This document shows, in pieces, positions 9,041 to 20,272 of a DNA stretch of 64,000 nt. Position 1 is the first letter of the stretch; each line of letters begins with the position of its first letter. The notes below the pieces were generated by a model. The model saw nothing but the letters and a program-made list of their open reading frames with translations. It ran no database searches and was not told the origin of the DNA. The position numbers and the translations under genes are program-made. This DNA comes from Alphaproteobacteria bacterium (GTDB lineage Bacteria; Pseudomonadota; Alphaproteobacteria; CAAHEQ01; UBA3637). The stretch is from positions 99,386 to 163,385 of the forward strand of contig JAZQXL010000020.1 in NCBI GenBank assembly GCA_045632845.1, given 5' to 3'.

Positions 9041-11212
9041 TTATTCTGCTGATGTTTCTTCAGCTTCTTTATGATGTTTTTTCTTCATTGGTTTTTCTTC
9101 CAACTCAACAGGTTCGCCTGTTGTTTGGTCAACACGTTTCATTGAAAGTTTGATTTTGCCACGATTGTCAATACCCATACAGACAACCTTGACTTTATCC
9201 CCTTCTTTGAGAACATCTGTTACTTTTTCAACACGGTGAGGTGCAATTTCTGAAACATGAACAAGGCCATCTCTTGTTCCCATAAAGTTAACAAAAGCAC
9301 CAAAGTCCATTAACTTAACAACTGTACCATCATAAATTTGACCAACTTCAGGTTCTAATACAATACCTTTGATCCAATTTAACGCAGCTTCACCAGCACC
9401 ACCATCAACAGAAGCGATATGGATTAAACCATCATCATCAATGTCAATTTTAGCACCTGTTTTTTCAACAATTTCACGAATGACTTTACCGCCTGTTCCA
9501 ATAACATCACGGATTTTTTCTTTATCAATTTTGTAAGAAATAATACGTGGTGCATTTGGACTAAGTTCTGCACGAGGAGCAGCCAAAGATTCAGCCATTT
9601 TATTCAAAATAAAGATACGACCTTCATGAGCTTGTTCCAATGCAATTGCCATAATTTCTTTTGTAATAGAAGTAATCTTAATGTCCATTTGAAGTGCTGT
9701 AACACCATCTTTTGTACCAGCAACTTTAAAGTCCATATCTCCCAAGTGATCTTCATCACCCAAGATATCAGATAAAACAACAAAAGAATCTTTTTCTTTA
9801 ATCAAACCCATTGCAATACCTGCAACTGGTTTTTTCATTGGAACACCTGCATCCATCAATGCCAATGTTGAACCACAAACGGTTGCCATTGAAGAAGATC
9901 CATTTGATTCCATAATTTCAGATACAACACGGAGTGTGTATGGGAAATCTTCTTTTGATGGTAACATTGGGTGAATTGCGCGCCATGCAAGTTTACCATG
10001 TCCAATTTCTCTACGACCTGGAGAACCCATACGACCAACTTCACCAACTGAGTATGGTGGGAAGTTATAATGTAACATAAAGTGCTCTTTATATTCACCC
10101 TGCAAAGCGTCAATAATTTGTTCATCTTCGCCTGTGCCTAATGTAGCAGTTACAAGAGCTTGCGTTTCTCCACGTGTGAATAATGCAGAACCATGTGTTT
10201 TTGGTAAGACATTAACTTCTGTTTCAATAACACGGATTGTTTTTGTATCACGACCATCAATACGAAGACCTGTGGATAAAACCATATCGCGAACTGTTCT
10301 TGCTTCTAATTCATGGAAAACTTGATCACAAATTGCATCTTCAGCTTCACGATCAGCAAACAAAGCATGTGCTTTTTCTCTGATTGCAGAAACTTGATTT
10401 AATCTTTCAAGTTTATTATGAATGTGATATGCTTCTTTTAATTCATCACCAAGATTTTCTAAAATTTCAGCACGAACTGTTGCATATTCTGCAGGTTCTT
10501 CTTTAACATCCCATGGATCTTTTGCACATTCTTCAGCCAAAGAAATAATCATATCGATAACTGGTTTTAAGCTATCATGACCAAAAGCAACAGCACCAAG
10601 CATTGTTTCTTCAGAAAGTTCTTGAGCTTCTGATTCAACCATCAAAACACCTTCAGATGTACCAGCAACAACCAAGTCTAATTGACTGTTTTTAACCACA
10701 TCTAAATCTGGGTTTAAGATGTACTCACCATCGATATACCCAACACGAGCACCAGCAATTGGGCCTAAAAATGGAATGCCTGACAATGTCAATGCAGCAG
10801 AAGCACCAATCATTGCGATAATATCTGGTTGAGTTTTCAAATCATGACTTAACAATGTAACAGTAACTTGTGTATCATTGTTAAAACCTTTAACAAACAA
10901 TGGACGAATTGGTCTGTCAATTAAACGAGATGTCAAAATTTCTGCCTCTGATGGTTTTCCTTCACGTTTAAAGAACCCACCAGGAATACGCCCAGCAGCA
11001 TAACTTTTTTCAATATAATTAACTGTTAATGGAATAAAATCTTCAAATGTATCTGGTGCTTTTTTGCTTGCACAAACAGCAGCATGCACCATTGTGTCCC
11101 CATAGCGTACAATCACAGCACCATCAGCTTGGCGTGAGATTTTACCTGTTTCGATTGAAAGAGGTTTGCCTCCCCACATCATTTCTTTTTTAAATGTTTT
11201 AAAAATAGTCAT
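9041..11212 (-). CDS. pnp: Polyribonucleotide nucleotidyltransferase (PNPase)
   Basis: [33 protein letters not shown]... Two RNase PH domains plus KH and S1. Start set at the Met matching the PNPase N-terminus. Confidence 0.92.
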   Translation of the reverse strand: MTIFKTFKKEMMWGGKPLSIETGKISRQADGAVIVRYGDTMVHAAVCASKKAPDTFEDFIPLTVNYIEKSYAAGRIPGGFFKREGKPSEAEILTSRLIDRPIRPLFVKGFNNDTQVTVTLLSHDLKTQPDIIAMIGASAALTLSGIPFLGPIAGARVGYIDGEYILNPDLDVVKNSQLDLVVAGTSEGVLMVESEAQELSEETMLGAVAFGHDSLKPVIDMIISLAEECAKDPWDVKEEPAEYATVRAEILENLGDELKEAYHIHNKLERLNQVSAIREKAHALFADREAEDAICDQVFHELEARTVRDMVLSTGLRIDGRDTKTIRVIETEVNVLPKTHGSALFTRGETQALVTATLGTGEDEQIIDALQGEYKEHFMLHYNFPPYSVGEVGRMGSPGRREIGHGKLAWRAIHPMLPSKEDFPYTLRVVSEIMESNGSSSMATVCGSTLALMDAGVPMKKPVAGIAMGLIKEKDSFVVLSDILGDEDHLGDMDFKVAGTKDGVTALQMDIKITSITKEIMAIALEQAHEGRIFILNKMAESLAAPRAELSPNAPRIISYKIDKEKIRDVIGTGGKVIREIVEKTGAKIDIDDDGLIHIASVDGGAGEAALNWIKGIVLEPEVGQIYDGTVVKLMDFGAFVNFMGTRDGLVHVSEIAPHRVEKVTDVLKEGDKVKVVCMGIDNRGKIKLSMKRVDQTTGEPVELEEKPMKKKHHKEAEETSAE

Positions 11213-11306
11213 TTTCTTTTCCTTCATACATACAAACTAAGACTTAAAACCCATTTCTAAGTCTTGAAAGGGGAACATCCCTTGATGCTCCCCTTGAAAA
11301 TCGTGG

Positions 11307-11576
11307 TTATTTACGTAAACCTAAACGTTTGATGAGTTCGTTGTAACGGCCTTCATCATCTTTCTTCAAGTACTTGAGCAAACGACGACGATTTGAAACC
11401 ATTTTCAAAAGACCGCGTCTTGAGTGGTGGTCTTGAGCATTTGATTTCATATGTTCTGACAAATAGTTAATTTTTGCTGTCAAAACTGCAACTTGAACTT
11501 CTGGTGAACCTGTATCACCTTCTTTTGTTGCATAATCAACAATAATTTGCTTTTTCATTTCTTTTGAAAGCGACAT
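11307..11576 (-). CDS. rpsO: 30S ribosomal protein S15
   Basis: [44 protein letters not shown]...[11 protein letters not shown]. Confidence 0.92.
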   Translation of the reverse strand: MSLSKEMKKQIIVDYATKEGDTGSPEVQVAVLTAKINYLSEHMKSNAQDHHSRRGLLKMVSNRRRLLKYLKKDDEGRYNELIKRLGLRK

Positions 11577-11601
11577 CGTAATTTTCCTTTCTTAATTTAA
11601 A

Positions 11602-12516
11602 TTAAACTTCCTCTGGAAAGACACGAAATGGTTTTAACACGCCATTTTCATACCGAACCAAAGCAACGACTTGTTGATTTAAGTGAAGAGCGATAACTGT
11701 TTGGTTTTGAACTTTTTGACCAGTTAAAATACCTTTTGCACTTAGCGCTTTTCCTTGCCTCAACGCCTTTGCCCCTTCCCCATCTACAGCCAGCACCAAG
11801 ATGTCGTCCAGTGCGGTTAAAACAGGGATAATAGACAAATCTTCTGGATTATACTCCTTTTTTTCCAAATTTTCAAGTAAAATCGAATGGTTAAGCGAAA
11901 AAGGACCGCATTTTGTTCTTCTTAAAACGGTAATATATCCATAACAACCTAATTTTCGGCCCATATCGTGCCCCAAAGAACGAACATAAGTTCCTTTTCC
12001 ACACTGTACTTCAAACAAGGTTTTGCTTCCCTCGTGAGAAATAACTTTTAAATCTTTAATCATAACAGGACGTGGTTTTAATTCTACATCAACACCTTTT
12101 CTTGCAAGCTCATAAGCCCTCTTCCCATTTATTTTAATTGCAGAATACAAAGGTGGTGTTTGCAAAATTTCCCCCTTAAACAAAGGCAAAATAGATTCAA
12201 TTTCTTCCAAAGAAGGTTGCTTGTCACTTTCAAACAATACTTCACCTTCTAAGTCATCTGTTGATGTTTCTTTTCCCCAAGTAACTTCAAACTGATAAAT
12301 TTTATCCCCATCCATAACATAAGGGATTGTTTTTGTTGCTTGACCTAAAGCAATGGGCAAAACACCTGTTGCAAGCGGATCCAAAGTTCCTGCATGACCG
12401 ATTTTTGAGGGATGCAAATATCTTTTGAGCCGATTAACAACGGTTGTTGAGCCCATTTCATAAGCTTTATCAATTACAAGCCAACCATTAATTTGATTGA
12501 TAATTTTTGCCATCAA
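11602..12516 (-). CDS. truB: tRNA pseudouridine(55) synthase
   Basis: GWLVIDKAYEMGSTTVVNRLKR...GHAGTLDPLATGVLPIALGQATK (TruB catalytic Asp motif). Position in the nusA-infB operon. Confidence 0.9.
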   Translation of the reverse strand: MMAKIINQINGWLVIDKAYEMGSTTVVNRLKRYLHPSKIGHAGTLDPLATGVLPIALGQATKTIPYVMDGDKIYQFEVTWGKETSTDDLEGEVLFESDKQPSLEEIESILPLFKGEILQTPPLYSAIKINGKRAYELARKGVDVELKPRPVMIKDLKVISHEGSKTLFEVQCGKGTYVRSLGHDMGRKLGCYGYITVLRRTKCGPFSLNHSILLENLEKKEYNPEDLSIIPVLTALDDILVLAVDGEGAKALRQGKALSAKGILTGQKVQNQTVIALHLNQQVVALVRYENGVLKPFRVFPEEV

Positions 12517-12939
12517 TTACAATTCTTCTTCCTCAATTTCTTTTTCAACATCTGCACGAACTTGTGGAGAATTTAAAAGATCATTGATATATTTTGAAGC
12601 TGCAAATCTATTGTCTGATTTAAAAATAATATCAGGAACAATTCTTAAACGAACAGATTTACCAATTTTATAACGGAACACACCTTTATGACGATTCAAT
12701 AATGTAATTTGTTCATCCAAATTAACTGCATCACCAATCGTTTCAACAAAAGCTGTTGCATATGATAAATCAGGAGAAATTGTCACTTGTGTTACCATAA
12801 TAAATGATGGTTTCAATCCTTCAATGAAAACTTCATCTTGTGAAAGCATTTTAGCAAGAACATGTCTGATTTCTTCAGCAACACGTAATTGACGTTGTGA
12901 AGGCGCTTTTGATTTTCCTTTTTCAGTATTTTTCATCAC
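12517..12939 (-). CDS. rbfA: Ribosome-binding factor A
   Basis: QRQLRVAEEIRHVLAKML...VTQVTISPDLSYATAFV. Operon position after infB. Confidence 0.88.
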   Translation of the reverse strand: MMKNTEKGKSKAPSQRQLRVAEEIRHVLAKMLSQDEVFIEGLKPSFIMVTQVTISPDLSYATAFVETIGDAVNLDEQITLLNRHKGVFRYKIGKSVRLRIVPDIIFKSDNRFAASKYINDLLNSPQVRADVEKEIEEEEL

Positions 12940-12944
12940 ACCTC

Positions 12945-15368
12945 CTATACATCAAAATTCAACTTAACTGCGATTTCTTCCATTTCGAAACATTCGATAA
13001 CATCACCAACTTTTAAGTCATCATAATTTTCAAAACTCATACCGCATTCATAACTTTCACGAACTTCTTTAACATCATCTTTAAAGCGTTTTAATTGGCT
13101 AAGTGCCCCAGTATAGATAACAACAGAATCTCTCAATAAACGAACTTTTGCACCACGTTTGACAATACCTTCTTTAACCATACAACCAGCAATTTTACCA
13201 ACTTTTGAAATTGAAATAACTTGGCGAATTTCAGCATAACCCAAGATTTTTTCTTTCAATTCTGGTTCAAGCAAGCCTGCAACAGCTTGTTTCATATCAT
13301 CAGCAACATCGTAAACAATCGAGTAGTAACGAATATCTACACCATCACGTTTTGCCATTTCACGAGCTGTTGGATTTGCACGAACGTTAAAGCCAATGAT
13401 AATTGCTTTTGAAGCACGTGCCAATGTAACATCAGATTCGTTAATTGCACCTACAGCACTATGTAATACATGAACTTTAACTTCATTATTTGCAATACGA
13501 GAAAGAATACCATTCAATGCTTCAACAGAACCTTGTACGTCACCTTTAATTAAAACAGGCAATTCTTTGATTTCACCAGCTTTAATTTTTGCCAACAAGT
13601 GTTCAGCACTGCTCATTGTTTTAACTTGCAATTGTTCTCTTGCTTTTCTTTGACGATAAGCAGAAATTTCCCTTGCTCTTGCTTCTGTATCTACTTCAAT
13701 AAAATCATCCCCTGCTGATGGCGTTCCTTGCAACCCAATAACTTCAACAGGTTGTGAAGGATATGCTTTATCCACACGTTGACCTTTATCATTAAAGAGT
13801 GAGCGAACACGACCCCATTCTTGACCAGAAATAAAGATATCACCCACATTTAATGTACCTTTTTGGACCAAAACAGTTGCAACTGAACCACGACCTTTAT
13901 CCATACGTGCTTCAACAACAACACCTTCTGCCATCCGTTTTGAAGAAGCTTTTAAATCAAGAACTTCAGCTTGCAACAAAATTGTTTCAATAAGCTTATC
14001 TAAATTGATGCGTTTTTTCGCAGAAACTTCAACATCAAGAACGTCACCACCCATTGATTCAACAACAACATCATGTTGCAACAAGTCTGTACGAACTTTT
14101 TGTGGATTTGCCCCTGGAACATCAATTTTGTTAATTGCAACAACGATTGGAACACCAGCAGCTTTTGCGTGGTGAATAGCTTCAATTGTTTGAGGCATAA
14201 CACTGTCATTTGCAGCAACAACCAAAACAACAAGGTCTGTTACCTTTGCCCCACGAGCACGCATTGCTGTAAACGCTTCGTGCCCAGGTGTATCAATAAA
14301 TGTAACCTTTTGACCTTCTGACAAACTAACTTGATAAGCACCAATGTGCTGTGTAATACCACCAGATTCACCTTGAGCAACATTTGATGAACGCAAAGCA
14401 TCCAACAAAGATGTTTTACCATGGTCAACGTGACCCATAACAGTTACAACAGGTGAACGTGGCTCCAAATCTTCTGGTAAATCATCTTCTTTTTTCAAAA
14501 TATCTTCAACATCAGATTCAGCAACACGTTTGATTTTGTGACCCAATTCTTCAACCACCAACTCCGCAGTATCTGCATCAATTGTTTGTGTAATTGTAAC
14601 CATCATACCAAGCTTCATCAAAACCTTAACAACTGTTGCGCCTTTTTCACTCATACGGTTTGCCAACTCTTGAACTGTAATTGTTTCTGGCACAACAACT
14701 TCACGAATAACTTTTTCTTGAACCTTTGGTTCCATATGTTTTAAACGTTCTTTTTCACGAGAGCGTTTAATTGATGCCATAGAACGGCGTTGATGACGAA
14801 CACCATCTTCCATATCATCACCATCAGAATCACTCATACTCATATTTTTATAAGCATTCATATTCATTTTTGATGAACGTTTTTCTTCATGAAACCCACG
14901 TGTTCTACCGCGATCTTCTGATTCAGATTCTCTTTCTTTCTTACGAGAAAAATTAGAATTTTCAACAGGTTTTTTATCATGTTTTTTTTCTGTGCGAGCT
15001 TCAACAACTTCTACCGGAGCTTCTTCTTCAACAACAGACGCTTCAACCTCTTTTTCTTCAACTGTAACAGCAGCAGCGGCTAATTTTTCTTGTTCTTCTC
15101 TTTGTTTTTGTTCAGCTTCCACACGTGCTTTTTCTGCAGCACGTTGTTGAGCCTCTTGAATCAATTTTAATTTTTGAGAAGCCTCTGTTGAAAGGACGTT
15201 AGGTTGTTGTTCTGCCGTAATAACACGTTTTTTACGAACTTCAACTTGAACCATGTTGGATTTTCCTGCGCCTGTATTTTGGCGAACTTGCGTATTTAAA
15301 GAAAGTGTTTTCTTTTTCAATTCTAACGTCTTCCCTGTTAACGTAAGTTGTTTCTTTTCTTCTGTCAT
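12945..15368 (-). CDS. infB: Translation initiation factor IF-2
   Basis: GTPase G-domain [32 protein letters not shown]. Long charged N-terminal region. 807 aa. Confidence 0.95.
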   Translation of the reverse strand: MTEEKKQLTLTGKTLELKKKTLSLNTQVRQNTGAGKSNMVQVEVRKKRVITAEQQPNVLSTEASQKLKLIQEAQQRAAEKARVEAEQKQREEQEKLAAAAVTVEEKEVEASVVEEEAPVEVVEARTEKKHDKKPVENSNFSRKKERESESEDRGRTRGFHEEKRSSKMNMNAYKNMSMSDSDGDDMEDGVRHQRRSMASIKRSREKERLKHMEPKVQEKVIREVVVPETITVQELANRMSEKGATVVKVLMKLGMMVTITQTIDADTAELVVEELGHKIKRVAESDVEDILKKEDDLPEDLEPRSPVVTVMGHVDHGKTSLLDALRSSNVAQGESGGITQHIGAYQVSLSEGQKVTFIDTPGHEAFTAMRARGAKVTDLVVLVVAANDSVMPQTIEAIHHAKAAGVPIVVAINKIDVPGANPQKVRTDLLQHDVVVESMGGDVLDVEVSAKKRINLDKLIETILLQAEVLDLKASSKRMAEGVVVEARMDKGRGSVATVLVQKGTLNVGDIFISGQEWGRVRSLFNDKGQRVDKAYPSQPVEVIGLQGTPSAGDDFIEVDTEARAREISAYRQRKAREQLQVKTMSSAEHLLAKIKAGEIKELPVLIKGDVQGSVEALNGILSRIANNEVKVHVLHSAVGAINESDVTLARASKAIIIGFNVRANPTAREMAKRDGVDIRYYSIVYDVADDMKQAVAGLLEPELKEKILGYAEIRQVISISKVGKIAGCMVKEGIVKRGAKVRLLRDSVVIYTGALSQLKRFKDDVKEVRESYECGMSFENYDDLKVGDVIECFEMEEIAVKLNFDV

Positions 15369-15383
15369 AGTTTATCCTTTCCT

Positions 15384-15986
15384 TTAATAGCCTTGTAAAA
15401 GGTTTACTTTTTTAATCAGTTGGATTAAAACAGTTGCCATCTTTTCATCTGTTATAACCAAGTGAACTTGTTCATCTTGCCCTGTTACACTTCCCAATTC
15501 TTGTCTTGAAAAACAATTTAAAATAGGAAAAGTATCTGTTGAACGGTACAATTTATCATGTCCATTTTTTGCTGCATCTTGAGCCTCAAAAGCAATCAAG
15601 ACTTTTTGAGCTTCAATCGCTTTTTTAACCCCCTCAAACCCAAAAACCAAACACCCTGATTTTCGAGCAAATGAAATCAAATTAAGAGCTTTTGTTTTTA
15701 ATGAATTTATAACCATTTCTCTTAAATTTTCAGGAATTTTAACAGTCCCTTTTGCAGCTTTATAAAATATTTTTTTTTCAATAGCTGCATCCAACGAATC
15801 CTTTGTTGGATACAACCATATACCAGCACCTGGTAATTTTTCATTTACATCAAACACAACTTCCCGATCAGGAGAGATGACAAAACGAATCATCTCTTCC
15901 CGAGGAAAGAATTTTTTTGTAACAAAACAACTTTTCAAACCATTATCAGCTGCTCGTTTATGTTGATGTCTATTAATCTTATTCAA
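15384..15986 (-). CDS. YlxR (DUF448)-L7Ae-like RNA-binding protein of the nusA-infB operon
   Basis: CFVTKKFFPREEMIRFVISPD...LPGAGIWLYPTKD (YlxR motif) plus C-terminal L7Ae-like segment. Sits between nusA and infB, as is typical in alphaproteobacteria. Confidence 0.75.
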   Translation of the reverse strand: MNKINRHQHKRAADNGLKSCFVTKKFFPREEMIRFVISPDREVVFDVNEKLPGAGIWLYPTKDSLDAAIEKKIFYKAAKGTVKIPENLREMVINSLKTKALNLISFARKSGCLVFGFEGVKKAIEAQKVLIAFEAQDAAKNGHDKLYRSTDTFPILNCFSRQELGSVTGQDEQVHLVITDEKMATVLIQLIKKVNLLQGY

Positions 15987-17478
15987 ACCAGTGTTCCCGT
16001 GCTTTCATAATAAGTTTATTTGCTTGATCTTCATTCATTAAGCTTTTGCCAACAATTTCAATCAATTCATCAGTTGCTAAATCAGCAAAATCATCTAATG
16101 TTTTGATATCGTTTTCACCCAACTTAACAAGAATATCTAATGTCAAACCATCAAGAGATTTCAATGCATCTTCAAGATCGAGTTCTGCCAATTTCTTTTC
16201 CATTGTATCTTGTTTAAGGATTAAATATGCTTTTGCACGATTTTGCAATTCTTCAGCCAAAGCGTCATCAAACCCTTCAATACCCGCCAATTCATTCATT
16301 GAAATAAAGGCAATATCTTCAACTTTTGAGAAACCTTCTTGAATCAAAAGATGAGCCATCATATCATCAATATCCAAAGCCTGCATGAACAACTCAACAC
16401 GTTCTTTTGTTTCATTGATACGATGTTCTGATTCTTGAGCTTCATTCATCATATCAATATGCCAACCTGTTAATTGACTGATCAAACGGATATTTTGACC
16501 ACGACGGCCAATTGCTAATGAAAGTTGTTCTTCACTCAACACAACTTCGACATTCTTTGATTCTTCATCAATAACAATTTTCAAAACTTCACTTGGAGCC
16601 AATGCATTGATGATAAATGTTGCAGGATCTGATGACCAATGAACAACATCAATTTTTTCACCCTGTAATTCTTGAACAATTGCTTGAACGCGAACACCAC
16701 GCATACCAATACAAGCGCCACGAGCATCCAAAGTGTTATCTTTTGACCAAACAGCAATTTTTGCACGAGAACCAGGATCACGAGCAACTGATTTAACTTC
16801 AATTGTACCATCGTAAATTTCTGGAACTTCTGCTGCAAATAATTTTGCAAGGAATTGTGGATGTGAACGGCTCAAAAACACTTGAGGACCTTTAACTTCT
16901 GCACGAACATCTAAAACATAAGCGCGCAATCTATCACCTACACGATACGTTTCTCTTGGAATAAGTTCATCACGACGGAGTAATGCTTCAACATGGGCAA
17001 CTTCAACAACCAAGTTACCACCTTCAACACGTTTAACAATACCGCTAACAATTTCACCTTTACGGCTCTTCATTTCGTTGAATTGGCACATTCTTTCAGC
17101 TTCACGAACCTTTTGTGTAATAACTTGTTTTGCTGTTTGAGCTGCAATACGGCCAAAATCCATTGGTGGCAAGGGATCAACAATCACATCACCTAATTTC
17201 AATGTTTTATCTTTCTTTTGAGCATTAACCAAAGAAATTTGAGTAAATTCATCTTCAACAGTTTCAACAACAGTAACATATCTTGCCATTTGAATAGCGC
17301 CCGTTGTTGGATCAATTTTTGTGCGAATATCATATTCAGGACCATATTTAGAACGACCAGCTTTTGAAATACCTTGTTCCATAGCTTCTAAAACATCTTT
17401 TTTAGAAATATTTTTTTCACGAGCCAATAAATCAGCCATTTGAATAAGTTCTGGTCTTGGAAGAGTTGCAATTTGCAT
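15979..17478 (-). CDS. nusA: Transcription termination/antitermination factor NusA
   Basis: S1 and KH domains (GDRLRAYVLDV..., LAIGRRGQNIRL). Acidic C-terminal repeats. 499 aa. Confidence 0.93.
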   Translation of the reverse strand: MQIATLPRPELIQMADLLAREKNISKKDVLEAMEQGISKAGRSKYGPEYDIRTKIDPTTGAIQMARYVTVVETVEDEFTQISLVNAQKKDKTLKLGDVIVDPLPPMDFGRIAAQTAKQVITQKVREAERMCQFNEMKSRKGEIVSGIVKRVEGGNLVVEVAHVEALLRRDELIPRETYRVGDRLRAYVLDVRAEVKGPQVFLSRSHPQFLAKLFAAEVPEIYDGTIEVKSVARDPGSRAKIAVWSKDNTLDARGACIGMRGVRVQAIVQELQGEKIDVVHWSSDPATFIINALAPSEVLKIVIDEESKNVEVVLSEEQLSLAIGRRGQNIRLISQLTGWHIDMMNEAQESEHRINETKERVELFMQALDIDDMMAHLLIQEGFSKVEDIAFISMNELAGIEGFDDALAEELQNRAKAYLILKQDTMEKKLAELDLEDALKSLDGLTLDILVKLGENDIKTLDDFADLATDELIEIVGKSLMNEDQANKLIMKAREHWFE

Positions 17479-17496
17479 TTGTATACCTTTCTTTGA

Positions 17497-17985
17497 TTAT
17501 TTTTTTGGTTGTTTTTGCATAAACGTATCAGTTAACAGAAGTTTTGCTTTTGAAATTTCAGAAAAAGCAATTTGAAGCTCTTGATCTTCAAAAGCAAAAT
17601 GCACAGTATGTGTCACTTCATCATATTTTAAAATTTTGCCTTTAAAGCGTTTTCTACCATTAATATCGTGAAGTGTTTCAATTTTTGCATCAGATCCTGC
17701 AAAACGAGAATAATCAGCTTCACGAACCAAAGGCCTGTCAACACCTGGAGATGAAATCTCTAACATATATTTGTTGGGAAAAATATCTTCAACATCCAAC
17801 AGAGCTGAAGATGTACGACTAATTTTTTCACAATCAGCAAGAGTCATTGCAGCCCTATCCAAACGTTCAGCCATAATTTGAACAGTTTTAACGTCACCAC
17901 CTTGCAATGAGATTCTCACAATTTCATATCCCATATCCAACAAGGATGGGGACAACATTTCTGTTAATTGAGTTGATAGTTCCAT
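17497..17985 (-). CDS. rimP: Ribosome maturation factor RimP
   Basis: Immediately upstream of nusA. LLDMGYEIVRISLQGG...VTHTVHF. Typical size of 162 aa. Confidence 0.85.
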   Translation of the reverse strand: MELSTQLTEMLSPSLLDMGYEIVRISLQGGDVKTVQIMAERLDRAAMTLADCEKISRTSSALLDVEDIFPNKYMLEISSPGVDRPLVREADYSRFAGSDAKIETLHDINGRKRFKGKILKYDEVTHTVHFAFEDQELQIAFSEISKAKLLLTDTFMQKQPKK

Positions 17986-18180
17986 TGTTTTTCCTTTACT
18001 AAAAAAGGCGAGCTAACTAGCTCACCCTCATAAAATCATTGAGAATATAGGTACATTATACATATTTTTTACAAAAAAACAAGTGTTTTTACAAAAAAAA
18101 GATATCTTTTGGAAAAAAACTTGCAAAAACTCAAAAAAATTTGTTAACTATAAGAAAAATAGATTAAAAAAGGGGATACA

Positions 18181-19407
18181 ATGCTATTTTCAAAAAAAAC
18201 ACCTCAAACAGTTGAAGAAATAAAAACCGAAGAAGCAAGCGAACCTGCTTCAAATCCAATGCCTCAGGCACCAGCTTTTTCTGGACCTGCATCAATTCCT
18301 CAAGCACCTGTTCTTACCTTAAAAAAAGAGCAACTTATTGGAAATTCTAATACCTCTTCACCTAAAGAACCAGAAGATAATGTTCAAACAACCAATCCGT
18401 TTCCTCACGAAGAAACACAAGGGGATGGAACAAAAGTTTTTAAAGCACAATCCGTTCAAGATGTTAATTTTTCAGACATTTGGTTAACGCCAGAAAAAGT
18501 TTCATACATCCGTGATAAATCCACTAAATTTGCCTTAATTCCTTTTGAAACAGATGATATGGATGACTTTTTAAGAGCACTTGATCAAAACTTTCAAGGT
18601 GCCTCTAGTTATTCCATTAAATTCAAAGGAGAAGCTTATCGTGTAGAACGCGTTGTTACAACAACTGGGATTCAATATAACTGCCGAAAAATGCCATCAT
18701 CTACACCAAACATATATAATCTTGGATTACCCGAACCTGTTGTTAAATATATGACTTCCCTTGCAACCGAATCTGGGCTACTTCTTTTTGCGGGTCCAAC
18801 AGGTATGGGAAAAACAACATCTGCCTCAGCCTTGATACGCGAATTTTTAGAAACACATGGTGGATTCTTATACACCATTGAAGACCCACCTGAAATGCCT
18901 TTAGATGGCATTTATCATGCCAAAAATGGAGGCTTAGGATTATGTAAACAAAGTCCCGTTGAAAACGAAAGATGGGAAGATGGATTAAAATCCGCCTTAC
19001 GTTCTCGTCCAAGATACATCCTTGTTGGAGAAATCAGAACGCCTGAAGTTGCCTCTCAAGCATTACGCGCAGCAACATCTGGACACCTTGTTGTATCAAC
19101 CATTCATGCAAACAGCGTTGAAGATGCTTTAAACTCTTTGATCAAATATGCTGCTGGTGCAGGGTTAGATGAAAAACTTGTTTGCGACCTTTTGGCTCGT
19201 GGCATTTTGGGTGTTATTCACCAACAATTGGAAGGGACAACAACCTTGCGACCTGTTATTCATACCGCTTTTGCAAACCCAAACCCAATGGTAGCTTGCC
19301 AAATGCGTATGAGCATCCGCGAAGGAAAAATTGCTCTTGCTACATTTATGGAGGCACAAAACACCAGAATGTTCCAAGGCCGACCTTTATTTAGGGAAAT
19401 TAAATAA
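18181..19407 (+). CDS. PilT/VirB11/CpaF-superfamily secretion ATPase with divergent, Pro-rich N-terminal region
   Basis: Walker A LLFAGPTGMGKTTSAS. Asp box YTIEDPPEM. Walker B RYILVGEIRTPE. His box SGHLVVSTIHANSVEDAL (PilT-like). The first ~150 aa are low-complexity (PQAPAFSGPASIPQAP) and unlike the PilT N-domain. RBS aaaaaggggata upstream. Confidence 0.8.
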   Translation: MLFSKKTPQTVEEIKTEEASEPASNPMPQAPAFSGPASIPQAPVLTLKKEQLIGNSNTSSPKEPEDNVQTTNPFPHEETQGDGTKVFKAQSVQDVNFSDIWLTPEKVSYIRDKSTKFALIPFETDDMDDFLRALDQNFQGASSYSIKFKGEAYRVERVVTTTGIQYNCRKMPSSTPNIYNLGLPEPVVKYMTSLATESGLLLFAGPTGMGKTTSASALIREFLETHGGFLYTIEDPPEMPLDGIYHAKNGGLGLCKQSPVENERWEDGLKSALRSRPRYILVGEIRTPEVASQALRAATSGHLVVSTIHANSVEDALNSLIKYAAGAGLDEKLVCDLLARGILGVIHQQLEGTTTLRPVIHTAFANPNPMVACQMRMSIREGKIALATFMEAQNTRMFQGRPLFREIK

Positions 19408-19426
19408 TGTTTTCTCTCTCAAAACA

Positions 19427-19451
19427 AAAAGCCCCGCTCGGGGCTTTTTTT
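19427..19451 (+). terminator. Rho-independent terminator after the ATPase gene
   Basis: aaaagccccgctcggggcttttttttg. Confidence 0.6.
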
Positions 19452-19601
19452 TGTTACAAATAAAATAAAAGAGAGATTAAGATCTCTTTTGTTAATAAAT
19501 TTATTTCTATTTAAAATAAAAAAATCGAAGATTGTTTTTCCCACAGATAAATATCCTGTAACATATGTTTTTTTAACAACCAATCAAAAAGGAAACATAA
19601 A

Positions 19602-20222
19602 ATGATTTACGGATATATCAGAGTTTCAACTGACAAACAAACCACAGAAAACCAAAAATTTGAAATCGAGCAATTTTGTATTCAAAACAAGATTGTTATT
19701 GACAAATGGATAACCGAAACCATTAGCGCAACAAAAGAGTTAAATAAACGAAAACTTGGTACTCTTTTAAGACAAATTAAAAATGACGATATTGTTATTG
19801 CAACAGAATTATCCAGATTAGGTAGAAATCTGCTTCAAGTCATGAGTATTTTACACCACTGTATGAATGTTGGTTGCCAAATTTGGACTATTAAAGACCA
19901 CTATCGACTTGGGAAAACCATAGAATCAAAGGTATTAGCTTTTGCTTTTGGATTAGCCGCAGAAATTGAACGAGATCTTATTTCTCAACGAACTAGCGAA
20001 GCTCTAAAACGATTAAAAACCGAAGGAAAAACTTTGGGGCGTCCCAAAGGAAAAAAGAATCAAAAATGTAAATTGGAAAATAAAAAAAATCAAATTAAAA
20101 ACCTTTTGGAAAAGAAAGTTCCCAGAAACAAAATAGCAAAAACCATAAATGTTGATGTAAAAACATTAAATAAATTTATCGATGATTATAAAAAATATGT
20201 TGTTTTTTCCTTATTTTTATAA
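19602..20222 (+). CDS. Small serine recombinase (resolvase/invertase family)
   Basis: MIYGYIRVSTDKQTTENQ (catalytic Ser in the YxRVSTxxQ motif). LSRLGRN. C-terminal HTH KIAKTINVDVKTLNKFI. 206 aa. Confidence 0.85.
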   Translation: MIYGYIRVSTDKQTTENQKFEIEQFCIQNKIVIDKWITETISATKELNKRKLGTLLRQIKNDDIVIATELSRLGRNLLQVMSILHHCMNVGCQIWTIKDHYRLGKTIESKVLAFAFGLAAEIERDLISQRTSEALKRLKTEGKTLGRPKGKKNQKCKLENKKNQIKNLLEKKVPRNKIAKTINVDVKTLNKFIDDYKKYVVFSLFL

Positions 20223-20225
20223 CAA

Positions 20226-20258
20226 AAAAGCCCCTGACGAGCAGAGGCTTTTTCTTTA
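20226..20258. terminator. Bidirectional terminator between the recombinase gene and tuf
   Basis: aaaaaagcccctgacgagcagaggctttttcttt imperfect hairpin with T-run. Confidence 0.45.
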
Positions 20259-20272
20259 TTTTGCGGCTTTGA

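Noticed and set aside
13221-14744. Several 60-80 aa ORFs on the + strand inside infB (13221-13412, 14073-14321, 14538-14744)
   Set aside because: They are antisense to a highly conserved, continuous infB reading frame. They are Cys/Asn-rich low-complexity translations typical of shadow ORFs in AT-rich DNA.
18010-18023. Perfect palindrome gagctaactagctc just upstream of the rimP RBS
   Set aside because: It may be a leader hairpin or operator of the nusA operon. Too short and isolated to call a regulatory site with confidence.
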